This document shows positions 1 to 9,341 of a DNA stretch of 45,740 nt, in pieces (within the stretch, counting starts at the first letter, position 1; each line of letters begins with the position of its first letter). Source of the stretch: Candidatus Nanosyncoccus sp. (lineage in GTDB: Bacteria > Patescibacteriota > Saccharimonadia > Saccharimonadales > Saccharimonadaceae); assembly GCA_045541635.1 (NCBI GenBank), contig JAZQJM010000009.1, positions 1-45,740 on the forward strand, in the 5' to 3' direction. Below the pieces are notes generated by a model. It did not search any database, had not been told where the DNA came from, and saw only the letters and a list, made by a program, of their open reading frames with translations. The position numbers were made by a program, and so were the translations under genes.

Positions 1-269
1 TACTGTGACTGGAATAGTAGAAGTAGCTAGAGCACTATTAATAGGATTAACATTAAGACTAACTAGATTAGTAGGAATAGTTACATTAATACTAGGAGCA
101 ATAGTAGCTGAGAAGTCTATGGTGGAGGATTCGGCGTGGGCAGCACCACCCATGAATATACCCATCAGTATATTAATAGTAATAATTAGAATACTAGCGC
201 CAAGCGCTAAACCTATATATATATATATATAGGAGACCAAGATTTGAGAGAGTTATGCATTACCTTCAT
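1..269 (-). CDS. 5' part of a predicted secreted/surface protein, frameshifted at a (TA)9 tract (candidate phase-variable gene, OFF state); continues beyond window start
   Basis: ATG at 269 reads MKVMHNSLKSWSPIYIYI then TAG (215-213). A second frame from 213 is open to position 1 and reads GLALGASILIITINILMGIFMGGAAHA-ESSTIDFSATIAPSINVTIPTNLVSLNVNP..., i.e. a hydrophobic h-region with an AxA cleavage site. Removing one TA unit fuses the two frames. TGGTATAAT lies at 287-279. Confidence 0.7.
214..231. repeat. (TA)9 simple sequence repeat in signal-peptide coding region
   Basis: CC-TATATATATATATATATA-GG read directly at 212-233. Confidence 0.95.
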
Positions 270-322
270 ATTACTAACATTATACCACGAGCATAATGAA
301 AATTATTTAAATTCCATAATCA

Positions 323-428
323 AAAATTGAAATGGAATTCACTTCCATTTCAATTTTCATGCTCTAGTTTCTTTCGTTGGGACTTTCTTTACCAAAGAAA
401 GTCCCATTAAGCACTGACAGGACCTGTC
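323..428. repeat. Cluster of three perfect inverted repeats between divergent genes
   Basis: AAAATTGAAATGGAA-ttcac-TTCCATTTCAATTTT (323-357); TGGGACTTTCTTT-acc-AAAGAAAGTCCCA (378-406); GACAGG-a-CCTGTC (416-428). Confidence 0.85.
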
Positions 429-452
429 CAGAGATATTTTTTAATTATATTT

Positions 453-461
453 TGATATAAT
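453..461 (+). promoter_or_regulatory. Extended -10 promoter, leaderless configuration
   Basis: TGATATAAT followed by 6 nt, then ATG at 468; no SD. Confidence 0.7.
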
Positions 462-467
462 ATATAT

Positions 468-998
468 ATGAATAAGGAATCGCCAGCCAGTGCAGCTAAA
501 TCATCCACTTCAGATAGTAAGTCCAAGCAGACTAAGACTAGCCAGCACGCCAGCCGCTATCTAGTAGTTGGCACGTCAATCGCTGTTTTTAACTATGGAT
601 TCTACACGATTCTAGCTAATCTCATTATTAATAATAATGATTTACTTTGGCTCTCTTCCCTCATTAGTACTGTAGTTACCACGATTATCGCCTACCTACT
701 TCATTCTAAGATTACCTGGAAAGAGCGCCCTATCACGAAGGCTTCCCTTTACAAATTTTTCATCTGGAACGCTATCCTCTCGGTTATAAGCCCCTTGCTC
801 ACTCAATTTTTTAGCCTCTTTACACCACTTTATGAGCTAGCATATAACATTTGTGTAAATCTCGGCATTCCTTTTTCCTACGAATTCGTCTTTAGCACGG
901 GAGCTTTCATTCTGACAGCCATTGTTACCACGATTATTAATTTCTTCCTTTATGACCGTTTTGTCTTTGGTAAGAGTAATGCTACAATTGAGTCATGA
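468..998 (+). CDS. GtrA-family small flippase-like membrane protein
   Basis: 176 aa with ~4 hydrophobic segments; RYLVVG...N, Y.LH..ITW and NFFLYDRFVF patterns typical of the GtrA family. Confidence 0.8.
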   Translation: MNKESPASAAKSSTSDSKSKQTKTSQHASRYLVVGTSIAVFNYGFYTILANLIINNNDLLWLSSLISTVVTTIIAYLLHSKITWKERPITKASLYKFFIWNAILSVISPLLTQFFSLFTPLYELAYNICVNLGIPFSYEFVFSTGAFILTAIVTTIINFFLYDRFVFGKSNATIES

Positions 999-2344
999 TT
1001 AGGAAACGGACGTGGCCTAATGTCCTCTCGTGGGCAGTTATTATAATATTACTTTTGATGGCTGCCATTTTCTCTTTCCTCTATGTGAAGCAGCAGCTAT
1101 CCCAGCCACACATCCCCGAGATGAACATTACATTAAACGGCGTCAGTCTAGACACCATCGACTCTGGTTCCAAAGATACCGAATACCCGTATAATACCAT
1201 CACAATCACCGACAATCACACCACCACTAGGTATCACAATGTCGAGATTAAAGGTCGTGGCAATTCCACCTGGGTACAGAACAAGAAACCCTACCAGCTC
1301 ACTTTTAATCAGAAAACTAACCTTTTCGACCTCGGCACTTCACGCAAATGGATTTTACTTGCTAACAATGTCGATACCACTTATCTCAGGAACGATACTG
1401 CCTTTTATCTAGCCAACATCCTTGGCGAAGCATATCCAGTAAGTGGCAAGTTTATTGAACTCTACGTTTCTGGCAAATATCACGGATTATATTATATAGT
1501 ACCAAAAATCGAAATTAACAAATCCAGTGTTAACCTTAAGGACCCTTACGGCATCCTTGTCGAGCTCGAGAATCTACATGTCGAGCAAGACTGCTACAGG
1601 ACCACTTCTGATGATTGTCTCATAATTAAAGATTCCGTCAACAAAGATAACGAAGTCAAAGCCATGCAATCTTTCGTACATGATTACAATGCATTCTTAC
1701 AAGCACTTAAGCAGAAAAATTACAGTAGCATCGCTAACCTCATCGACGTCGACAGCTTTGCGAGGTATTATCTCCTTAGCGAATTTTCCAGCAATCCCGA
1801 CGCTTACCTTTCCAGCTTCTATATGTATAAAAACGGCGAAAACGACAAAATCCACGCTGGCCCAGGCTGGGATTTTGACCTCGCTTTCGCTAGTCGTAGA
1901 TGGCCAGCCGACAACGAGGCCTTCTATTCTCCATACACTACCAATGCCATACGTGAGCACGCCCAGTCTACCCCTCGCGACTCCGAGCAAAATTCAGCCA
2001 TCGTTACAGAACCTATCACTAATTATTCCACCATTTTCTTCGAATTATTGGACTTACCAGAATTCAGAGATAGAGTAGATAGTATCTATCAAGCCACTCT
2101 CCTGCCACGCCAGGACGAGCTTATTAATCATCTAAAATCCCAAATTGAATATATTCGTCCATTTGCTTTAAGAGATTATGAGAAATGGGGCATTCCTATC
2201 AATGAGTATGATATAGTTACGAGTGATCTACTCGACTGGGTAGCAGCAAGATGCGAGCATTTCAAAGAACAATATGGTCCTTCTTCTAACTCCAGCCCAC
2301 AAGAGTCATCATCCGATCATCAGGAGCCATCATCTAATCACTAA
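995..2344 (+). CDS. CotH kinase-family protein with N-terminal membrane anchor
   Basis: KGRGNSTW..KKPY, WILLAN..D...LRN, Y.GLY, N.D and GPGWDFDLAF motifs; TGCTACAAT 6 nt upstream of the ATG. Confidence 0.85.
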   Translation: MIRKRTWPNVLSWAVIIILLLMAAIFSFLYVKQQLSQPHIPEMNITLNGVSLDTIDSGSKDTEYPYNTITITDNHTTTRYHNVEIKGRGNSTWVQNKKPYQLTFNQKTNLFDLGTSRKWILLANNVDTTYLRNDTAFYLANILGEAYPVSGKFIELYVSGKYHGLYYIVPKIEINKSSVNLKDPYGILVELENLHVEQDCYRTTSDDCLIIKDSVNKDNEVKAMQSFVHDYNAFLQALKQKNYSSIANLIDVDSFARYYLLSEFSSNPDAYLSSFYMYKNGENDKIHAGPGWDFDLAFASRRWPADNEAFYSPYTTNAIREHAQSTPRDSEQNSAIVTEPITNYSTIFFELLDLPEFRDRVDSIYQATLLPRQDELINHLKSQIEYIRPFALRDYEKWGIPINEYDIVTSDLLDWVAARCEHFKEQYGPSSNSSPQESSSDHQEPSSNH

Positions 2345-2404
2345 GGATATTCATCCAGCCTACAAGCACCAACTCCTAACCATCAGGGAACATCTCTGAC
2401 CATT
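2300..2404 (+). repeat. Degenerate 21-bp (7-codon) tandem repeat running through the CotH stop codon
   Basis: Units at 2300/2321/2342/2363/2384 translate QESSSDH, QEPSSNH, *GYSSSL, QAPTPNH, QGTSLTI. Confidence 0.55.
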
Positions 2405-2474
2405 AATCATATCCAGCCATTAACCTCGCAGACTTTAGCAAAACATGGCCAGTATTTTATGGTAAAATATATAC

Positions 2475-3293
2475 ATGGCTATACCGAATTTTCTGTATAA
2501 GAATAATCGTGTTCTATTGAAAGAACTTACCAAGACCGATTTCAAGCTACGCTATCAGGGTTCCGTACTCGGTTATTTATGGGCTCTACTTCGTCCTCTT
2601 ATGATGTTTGCTATATTATATATAGTTTTCGCTAAACTCTTACGCTTCGGCGACGGTATTCCACATTATCCAGTTTATTTGCTCACTGGCACTACGCTCT
2701 GGAGTTTCTTTACTGAATGCACTAATCAAGGCATCCAGGCCATCGTTGGCCGTGGTGAGCTCATTCGCAAAATCTGCTTCCCTAAGTATATCGTGGTTGT
2801 CTCGTCCACTCTTACAGCTGTTATTAATTTACTAATTAATCTCGTAGTCATTGTTATTTTCGCACTGATTGACGGCATTACTCCTACCTGGACTTGGCTA
2901 TTCGTGCCAGTCCTTATTCTAGAATTATATACTCTTGCGCTTGGTATTTCTTTCTTACTCGGCGCCATCAATGTTAAATACCGTGACGTTACTTCCATCT
3001 GGGATGTTTGTATCCAGGCTCTCTTCTACGCTGTGCCAATTATTTACCCTATCAGTATGGTTGCGAGCGCTAACGCTACAGCAGCAAAAATAATCCTACT
3101 TAACCCTATCGCGCAGATTATTCAGGACTTTCGCTATTGTTTCGTTACCGATACCACTATCACTACATGGCAATATCTCGATGGTTCTAATCCTATTCTG
3201 AAATTTATCCCCATTGCGATTGTATTAATTATGCTCATTTGGGGCTCCTGGTTCTTCCGTAAGAAATCTAAGAAATTCGCAGAGGAGATCTAA
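2475..3293 (+). CDS. wzm: Polysaccharide ABC transporter permease (Wzm/RgpC-like)
   Basis: DFKLRYQGSVLGYLWALLRPL, YRD....W, FYAVPIIYP and NP motifs; 6 TM; TGGTAAAAT 6 nt before the ATG. Confidence 0.93.
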   Translation: MAIPNFLYKNNRVLLKELTKTDFKLRYQGSVLGYLWALLRPLMMFAILYIVFAKLLRFGDGIPHYPVYLLTGTTLWSFFTECTNQGIQAIVGRGELIRKICFPKYIVVVSSTLTAVINLLINLVVIVIFALIDGITPTWTWLFVPVLILELYTLALGISFLLGAINVKYRDVTSIWDVCIQALFYAVPIIYPISMVASANATAAKIILLNPIAQIIQDFRYCFVTDTTITTWQYLDGSNPILKFIPIAIVLIMLIWGSWFFRKKSKKFAEEI

Positions 3294-4030
3294 TGAAAGA
3301 CGGTATCGCAATTTCAGTCAAAAATCTACGCAAAAGTTTTCGCCTCCCCACCGAGAAGGCTTGGGGATTGAAACAAGCTTTTTTCAACCGGCTCAAAGGC
3401 ATCAAGGGTTACAAGGAACAGAAAGTTTTAAAAGGCATCAGTTTTGACATCCACCAAGGCGAATTCGTCGGCATCGTCGGCCGCAACGGTTCAGGTAAGT
3501 CAACTTTGCTTAAGACTTTAGCTAAGATTTATTTCCCAGAGAAAGGCTCTGTCGAGATCAATGGGACACTTGTCCCGTTCATCGAACTTGGCGTAGGGTT
3601 CAACCCAGAACTATCAGGTCGAGAGAACGTCTATCTCAATGGCGCTCTACTCGGATTTTCTAACAAAGAAATGGATAACATGTACGATGAGATTGTCGAT
3701 TTTGCCGAGTTGCGTCCTTTCATGGATCAGAAACTCAAGAACTTCTCGTCAGGCATGCAAGTACGCCTAGCTTTCTCTATTGCAATTCGCGCCAAAGGCG
3801 ACATTTTGCTGCTTGACGAAGTTTTAGCTGTTGGTGATGCAGCTTTCCAGCAGAAATGTAATGACTACTTCGCCTCTTTACATGGCAATCAGACAGTTAT
3901 CCTAGTCACCCACGGCATGAACGCAGTACGTAGATTCTGCGATCGCGCCATCCTCATCGAGAACGGTAAAATACTAATGGATGGAGATCCAGACGAGGTA
4001 GCCTCAGCCTATGAAAAACTTTGGGATTAA
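3293..4030 (+). CDS. wzt: Polysaccharide ABC transporter ATPase (Wzt/RgpD-like), no C-terminal carbohydrate-binding domain
   Basis: Walker A GRNGSGKST, ELSGRENVYLNG, FSSGMQVRLAF, DEVLAVGD; only 245 aa. Confidence 0.95.
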   Translation: MKDGIAISVKNLRKSFRLPTEKAWGLKQAFFNRLKGIKGYKEQKVLKGISFDIHQGEFVGIVGRNGSGKSTLLKTLAKIYFPEKGSVEINGTLVPFIELGVGFNPELSGRENVYLNGALLGFSNKEMDNMYDEIVDFAELRPFMDQKLKNFSSGMQVRLAFSIAIRAKGDILLLDEVLAVGDAAFQQKCNDYFASLHGNQTVILVTHGMNAVRRFCDRAILIENGKILMDGDPDEVASAYEKLWD

Positions 4031-5564
4031 AGACAAGCTTCACACTAATTGGAAAGAGCTCACTTTTATTGCGATTTTCACCATACTTAATATCTTTTTT
4101 GCGAACTACGCAGCTAGCATGTATGAAGTTTCACATACCAGCAAGCGTTTTATTTTGTTAATTATTATGTCTGTCATTCTGGAATTCGCTGCTGCATTTG
4201 TCATTTTCAAAGCAAAGCAGCGTAGCTGGAGCCTCGAGAAGATTTTTCTCTGCCTATTTATACCAGTAGGCCTTATCTATCTCTTAGCTATTCCTATTGG
4301 TCGCGTACCAGACGAACCAGCTCACCTTACCCGTGCTTACGGCATCTCGGTCGGGCATTTCATTACTAGCCCCAATGAGAACGGTGACTTCGGCGAATAT
4401 TTACCATACGACCTTGCAGCTTTATCAAAGGCCAATTCCACTTATGACAATTCTGTCGACATCCTCATCGATACCGAAAACGACGATGACTACGTCTTCG
4501 TTCGCGATTCTGGCGCAGCTCTTTATAATTTCATTAATTTTATTCCGCAGTCCATCGGTTTCTTCATCGGGCGTATTATTCATTTACCAGCCATCTTCTC
4601 AGCATACCTAGCCCGTCTTCTTAATTTCTCCTGTTTTGTTGCTTTATTCTATTTTGCTCTTAAGAAAGCTCCATTTGGCAAAAACTTCCTTTTCTTTGTC
4701 GCTTTCCTACCTATTGTTCTGCAAGAAGTTATTTCACTCTCAGCCGATTGTCTCGCCATCGGCATGTGTGCAGCCCTTATCAGCTTCGTTATGTACCTAG
4801 CTTACGACAAATCAGCCACACTCACCAGAAAGAATTATATTTTTCTCCTTATTGCTATTCTCTTCGTTTCTCTTTGTAAAATCGTTTATCTTCCACTATG
4901 TTTCCTCATCCTCATTATCCCGCATCAGAAATTCAAATCTAAGAAGGACAAATACCTACGCACCATCATACCACTTATCACAGTGATTGCTCTAAATTTT
5001 ATTTGGCTAGCCATCGCCTCGCAATATCTTATCGAGAACAACCCTGGCGTTAATTCCTCCGAGCAAATCAAGCATATCCTAACTGATCCATTAGCTTTCG
5101 CTCGAGCCATTTTCAGTACTTGTTTATCTAGCATGTATCAATTTGCCTATGGCATGCTAGGTGGCTGGCTCGAATGGCTTGATGTCGAAATCGGCCATAT
5201 CTATCTAGTCCTATCAATCATCATTTCTACCATTCTAGTTTACAAAACTTCCGAATCTAAGGTCAAAATCCCTAATTTATCTAGAGCTCTCATCATTGCA
5301 ATTACCATCGCGATCGTTGGTCTCATCTTTACCAGCCTATATGTTCAATGGAACCCAGTCGGTAGTGGCTTCGTCGGTGGCCTGCAGGGTAGATATTTCA
5401 TCCCAGTGTTCCTCCTCGCCCCGTCTATCGCTTGTGGACTACGCACCACTCGCGCCACTCGCACCCCAGCAAAAGCTCCAGACGACCATCGTCTCCTCTA
5501 TCTATTCTCCGTCTTCCAGAGTTTTGCAGCCGTACTTATTATTATTTGTTCACATCTAGGATAG
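4011..5564 (+). CDS. DUF2142-like polytopic membrane protein, putative GT-C glycosyltransferase
   Basis: PDEPAH after the first TMs, ARLLN, K..Y and GLQGRYFIP motifs; many TM segments. Confidence 0.75.
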   Translation: MKNFGIKDKLHTNWKELTFIAIFTILNIFFANYAASMYEVSHTSKRFILLIIMSVILEFAAAFVIFKAKQRSWSLEKIFLCLFIPVGLIYLLAIPIGRVPDEPAHLTRAYGISVGHFITSPNENGDFGEYLPYDLAALSKANSTYDNSVDILIDTENDDDYVFVRDSGAALYNFINFIPQSIGFFIGRIIHLPAIFSAYLARLLNFSCFVALFYFALKKAPFGKNFLFFVAFLPIVLQEVISLSADCLAIGMCAALISFVMYLAYDKSATLTRKNYIFLLIAILFVSLCKIVYLPLCFLILIIPHQKFKSKKDKYLRTIIPLITVIALNFIWLAIASQYLIENNPGVNSSEQIKHILTDPLAFARAIFSTCLSSMYQFAYGMLGGWLEWLDVEIGHIYLVLSIIISTILVYKTSESKVKIPNLSRALIIAITIAIVGLIFTSLYVQWNPVGSGFVGGLQGRYFIPVFLLAPSIACGLRTTRATRTPAKAPDDHRLLYLFSVFQSFAAVLIIICSHLG

Positions 5565-5567
5565 CAC

Positions 5568-7361
5568 ATGAAGTTGATCAAGTCTCACGCCATCTACAAA
5601 ATACTCGAAATCATTCTCATCATCTTCTGGCTTATGGCTATGCGTGGCTCCAGTTCCCTTTATATCCCGTATCTCATTGTTGGCATTCTAGGCATACTCG
5701 CCTGCTATACTAGGACATCTTTTGGAGTTCATGTCAAGAGCAGCATTATTACGACAATCTTTGCCCTAATCTTCACCTTCTTCGTCTGCAGCGCCAACTA
5801 TAATCTTTTTCCCACTCTCTCACTAAGCGCTAATATCATCTCGTCAATCATAGAGCTAATCAGCATCGTAATTGGTAGCTTCATTGTTTTCTATAATGTG
5901 TTAATTATGACGCCCACAGCCATCGACAGCTTCAATACTCACATCGACAAATCCATTAATCAAAAAATATTCAAACTTAAGCCTTCTCAAGTTTTCTGGC
6001 TTTCGTTCTTAATAATTGCTGTTGTCTATTTGATTGTCTTCTTCGTTTGTAAATTCCCAGGCAACCTCTCATATGATAGCACCATGAAAATCGATCAAGC
6101 CATCACTGGTGAATATACTGGTCGACATCCATTCATGCACACATTATTAATTAGTTTATTCGTCAATCTCGGCAGGAATATTTTTGGAGATCTTAATGCT
6201 GGCGTAGCATTTTATGTTGTATTTCAAATTCTCCTCTTCGCTAGTATTTTCGCTTTCTCCATCTCTACGCTCTATCGCGCCAAACACAACCCCAAACTAA
6301 TTATCGCATTACTAGTCATCTATGCACTTTTGCCATATCATATCATGTACAGCATGACCATATGGACCGATTGTTTATTCGCCGTTATGCTTCTTCTCTT
6401 CATTACTGTCGGGTACCGTCTCTTTAATAAAATCGGGCCAAGCGTACCTAATTACATATTGCTATTTATCAGCAGTCTTATTACTTGTTTATCAAAAGGC
6501 AACGGCCTATACGTAATCGTCTTCTTCTTGCTGTTATTTGTGATTTTCTACTGGCGCCAAATTTTCAAGACAAGAGAATATTTACCTAGCTGTATCATCA
6601 CATTATGCACTATCATACTTGCGTTTGCTCATAACAGCTTCCTCCTACCAGCACTAAATATCAGCAAACCAGAGCTCATGGAGTCTCTCTCCATCCCAGC
6701 TCAGCAAATCGCCAGAGTAATCGTAGATGACCCTTCCAGTCTCACCGACGAACAGAAAGAGCTCTTAAGTCACGTCAGTAGCCTCGACGAAATCGCCGAT
6801 GATTACACTCCATGGCTTTCCGACCCTATCAAATGGCAAGTCTGGCGCTCCGAAGGCGGCGAAGACTATCTTAGGGAACACAAATTCGATTACATTAAAC
6901 TTTACCTAGAACTCGGCTTGCGTCATCCCCTCCAGTATCTCGAAGCCTGGTCCGACCAGACCAAAGGATACTTTAACGGTGGCTATAATTATTGGGTAGT
7001 AGAAAACGGCATAGTGGATAATAGGCTTGACATCAAGAGGCGAAGTCAAGGCAACATACCAGACAAAATTTTCGACACTTACCTTGCTATTTTTGAGAAA
7101 AACCCCACCATGCGAATTATCTATTGTATAGGTTTCTATTCATGGATCGCCATCTGTCTACTATATATTACGATCATTAGAAAAGATTTAAAATCTATCC
7201 TACTGGCCTCACTGCCAGTCGCATTAGTTGTCACACTATTAATTGCTGCACCTGTTTATTCTGAATTTCGTTACATCTACCCAGTCTGTTGCTGTTTGCC
7301 ATTCTTATCTGTTATAATAGTAAATAATCAAGCCAAACAACCTAAGCCTAGGAAGAAGTAA
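5568..7361 (+). CDS. DUF6020-like polytopic membrane protein, putative GT-C glycosyltransferase
   Basis: FPG....DS, HPFMHT, W.D, SIPAQQIARV, SDPIK and EFRYIYP motifs; many TMs with a large extracytoplasmic loop. Confidence 0.65.
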   Translation: MKLIKSHAIYKILEIILIIFWLMAMRGSSSLYIPYLIVGILGILACYTRTSFGVHVKSSIITTIFALIFTFFVCSANYNLFPTLSLSANIISSIIELISIVIGSFIVFYNVLIMTPTAIDSFNTHIDKSINQKIFKLKPSQVFWLSFLIIAVVYLIVFFVCKFPGNLSYDSTMKIDQAITGEYTGRHPFMHTLLISLFVNLGRNIFGDLNAGVAFYVVFQILLFASIFAFSISTLYRAKHNPKLIIALLVIYALLPYHIMYSMTIWTDCLFAVMLLLFITVGYRLFNKIGPSVPNYILLFISSLITCLSKGNGLYVIVFFLLLFVIFYWRQIFKTREYLPSCIITLCTIILAFAHNSFLLPALNISKPELMESLSIPAQQIARVIVDDPSSLTDEQKELLSHVSSLDEIADDYTPWLSDPIKWQVWRSEGGEDYLREHKFDYIKLYLELGLRHPLQYLEAWSDQTKGYFNGGYNYWVVENGIVDNRLDIKRRSQGNIPDKIFDTYLAIFEKNPTMRIIYCIGFYSWIAICLLYITIIRKDLKSILLASLPVALVVTLLIAAPVYSEFRYIYPVCCCLPFLSVIIVNNQAKQPKPRKK

Positions 7362-7365
7362 TTAT

Positions 7366-8061
7366 ATGAAGACTTTACTTATTATTCCAGCATACAACGA
7401 AGAGGACTCTATCGTGAGCACCGTAAAAGACGTCATTAATTCAGGTTACGATTACATTGTAATTAATGATGGCTCCACCGATAAGACCTCTAACATTCTA
7501 GAACAGCATCACTATAATCATGTCAATCTTATCTCCAATCTTGGCATCGGTGGCGCCATGCAGACCGGTTACAAATACGCACACGATCATGGCTACGATA
7601 TCGCTGTACAATTCGATGCTGACGGTCAGCATCTCACCAAAGAAATTGACAAGTTAATTGCCCCCATTATAGCTGGTAAGGCCGATTTTACCATTGGCTC
7701 CCGTTTTATTGACAAGAACCATTCCGGATTCAAATCATCAGCCTTAAGGCGTGTCGGCATTCGTTTATTGTCATATCTTATTTATTCCCTCTCCCGTAAG
7801 AGAATCTACGATCCCACCTCGGGTTTTCGTGCCGCTAGTAAAGACATTATTGCTAGCTTCGCTAGTGATTACCCCAAGGAATATCCAGAGCCCATTTCCG
7901 ACTATGAACTTATCAAGAAACATTACAAAGTCACCGAAGTTCCTGTCAGCATGAAAGAGCGTACTGGTGGCAAATCTAGCATCCATTCTTGGAAGAGCGC
8001 ATACTACGTTATCAATGTCTTTATATCAATTTTAATCATCGCCCTGAGGAGAGATAAATGA
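7366..8061 (+). CDS. GT2 polyprenol-phosphate glycosyltransferase (DPM1/GacI-like)
   Basis: IIPAYNEE, INDGSTD, NLGIGGAMQTGY, QFDADGQH, DPTSGFRA, YPEP. Confidence 0.9.
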   Translation: MKTLLIIPAYNEEDSIVSTVKDVINSGYDYIVINDGSTDKTSNILEQHHYNHVNLISNLGIGGAMQTGYKYAHDHGYDIAVQFDADGQHLTKEIDKLIAPIIAGKADFTIGSRFIDKNHSGFKSSALRRVGIRLLSYLIYSLSRKRIYDPTSGFRAASKDIIASFASDYPKEYPEPISDYELIKKHYKVTEVPVSMKERTGGKSSIHSWKSAYYVINVFISILIIALRRDK

Positions 8062-8393
8062 GTGACGTCTTAAAAATCGAAATGGCCATCGGCGCCATTC
8101 TACTATTCATTATTATCCTGATCGGCCTCAAGAAAAATTCCCTATCAGTCAAATATTCCATACCATGGATATTATTACCCGTTGTTTTCCTTCTGCTAAT
8201 CATCTTCTCCGAGCCTCTTAATAATTTCGCTCATTTTCTTGGCTTCGAGACTTTATCTAATCTATTATTTGTCGCCATTATTGGCCTGCTTCTTATCCTC
8301 ATCTTTTCTCTCACTGTCATCGTCAGCAAACAGCAAAAACAAATCAAGACTCTCATTCAAGAAGTTTCCCTCTTAAAGCACAAGAAAAAGTAA
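8058..8393 (+). CDS. DUF2304-family small membrane protein (GacJ-like partner of the GT2)
   Basis: 111 aa, 3 TMs, W, LGFE..SN and a C-terminal IKTLIQEVSLL coiled segment; translationally coupled to the GT2. Confidence 0.8.
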   Translation: MSDVLKIEMAIGAILLFIIILIGLKKNSLSVKYSIPWILLPVVFLLLIIFSEPLNNFAHFLGFETLSNLLFVAIIGLLLILIFSLTVIVSKQQKQIKTLIQEVSLLKHKKK

Positions 8394-9287
8394 TTATAAC
8401 TCAGAGATATATCTCTTCACAGCATCTTTCCAATCAGGCAAAGGTTTAAATCCGTTTTCCACCAATTTCTTCTTATCTAATCTAGAATTAAACGGCCTCT
8501 TAGCTACGGCCTTACCAGCTGTTTTCTCATATTCCTCAGTCGTAACGCGCTTCACTTGTGTATCCATACCAGCATCTTTATAGATTTCTTCAGCAAAATC
8601 AGCCCATGATATATACCCACCCTCATTCGTAGCATGATAATATCCATATTTATCAGCCTCCACCATATCCACTAACAGTCTGGCCAAATCATAAGTATAA
8701 GTAGGCGTACCAATCTGGTCGTCCACCACGCTTACTACGTCTCTTCCTTCACCTACTTTTATCATAGTCTTGATGAAATTATTCCCATTCTTACCAAATA
8801 CCCAAGCAATGCGTACAATATAATATTTATCAAGAGTCTCAGCAACTGCCAGTTCGCCACCGAGTTTAGACTCACCATATACATTAAGAGGCGCATAATC
8901 CTTAGAATCAGGCTCCCATGACGCATTACCTTCCCCGTTAAATACATAATCCGTCGATATATATATCATTTTTGCATCATATGCTTTCGCAGCCTCAGCT
9001 AAATTACGAGTTCCATCCACATTGACAGCCATCACCTTTTCACGATTACTAGGATCCTCAGCTGCATCCACATTTGTCCAGGCAGCACAGTGAACAATAG
9101 CATCCGGTTTTAGTTTTTTTGCAGCTTCCATTACTTTATCTTTATCAGTAATGTCTAGCTGTATTTTTTCAAAATCAGCATCCGAATCAGATCTATCAGC
9201 ACCAACACCAATATGACCACGACGTTTAAGTTCCATCATCACGTCATATCCGAGCTGTCCACTTGTACCAGTTACTAATACTTTCAT
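8394..9287 (-). CDS. rfbD: dTDP-4-dehydrorhamnose reductase
   Basis: TGTSGQLG, HCAAWTNVD, ISTDYVF, YGESK, DQIGTPTY, RP.NSRL. Confidence 0.96.
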   Translation of the reverse strand: MKVLVTGTSGQLGYDVMMELKRRGHIGVGADRSDSDADFEKIQLDITDKDKVMEAAKKLKPDAIVHCAAWTNVDAAEDPSNREKVMAVNVDGTRNLAEAAKAYDAKMIYISTDYVFNGEGNASWEPDSKDYAPLNVYGESKLGGELAVAETLDKYYIVRIAWVFGKNGNNFIKTMIKVGEGRDVVSVVDDQIGTPTYTYDLARLLVDMVEADKYGYYHATNEGGYISWADFAEEIYKDAGMDTQVKRVTTEEYEKTAGKAVAKRPFNSRLDKKKLVENGFKPLPDWKDAVKRYISEL

Positions 9288-9341
9288 TCGTTTTCCTTCC
9301 TTTTCCGTGTCAATAATAACAAAGCACTACCCCAGCAGGAA

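Noticed and set aside
5-232. 75-aa plus-strand ORF
   Set aside because: Antisense shadow of the minus-strand signal-peptide gene, which has a promoter and a coherent secretion signal.
995-2344. CotH as evidence of sporulation
   Set aside because: CotH-family kinases occur widely in non-sporulating organisms, and there are no other spore genes here.
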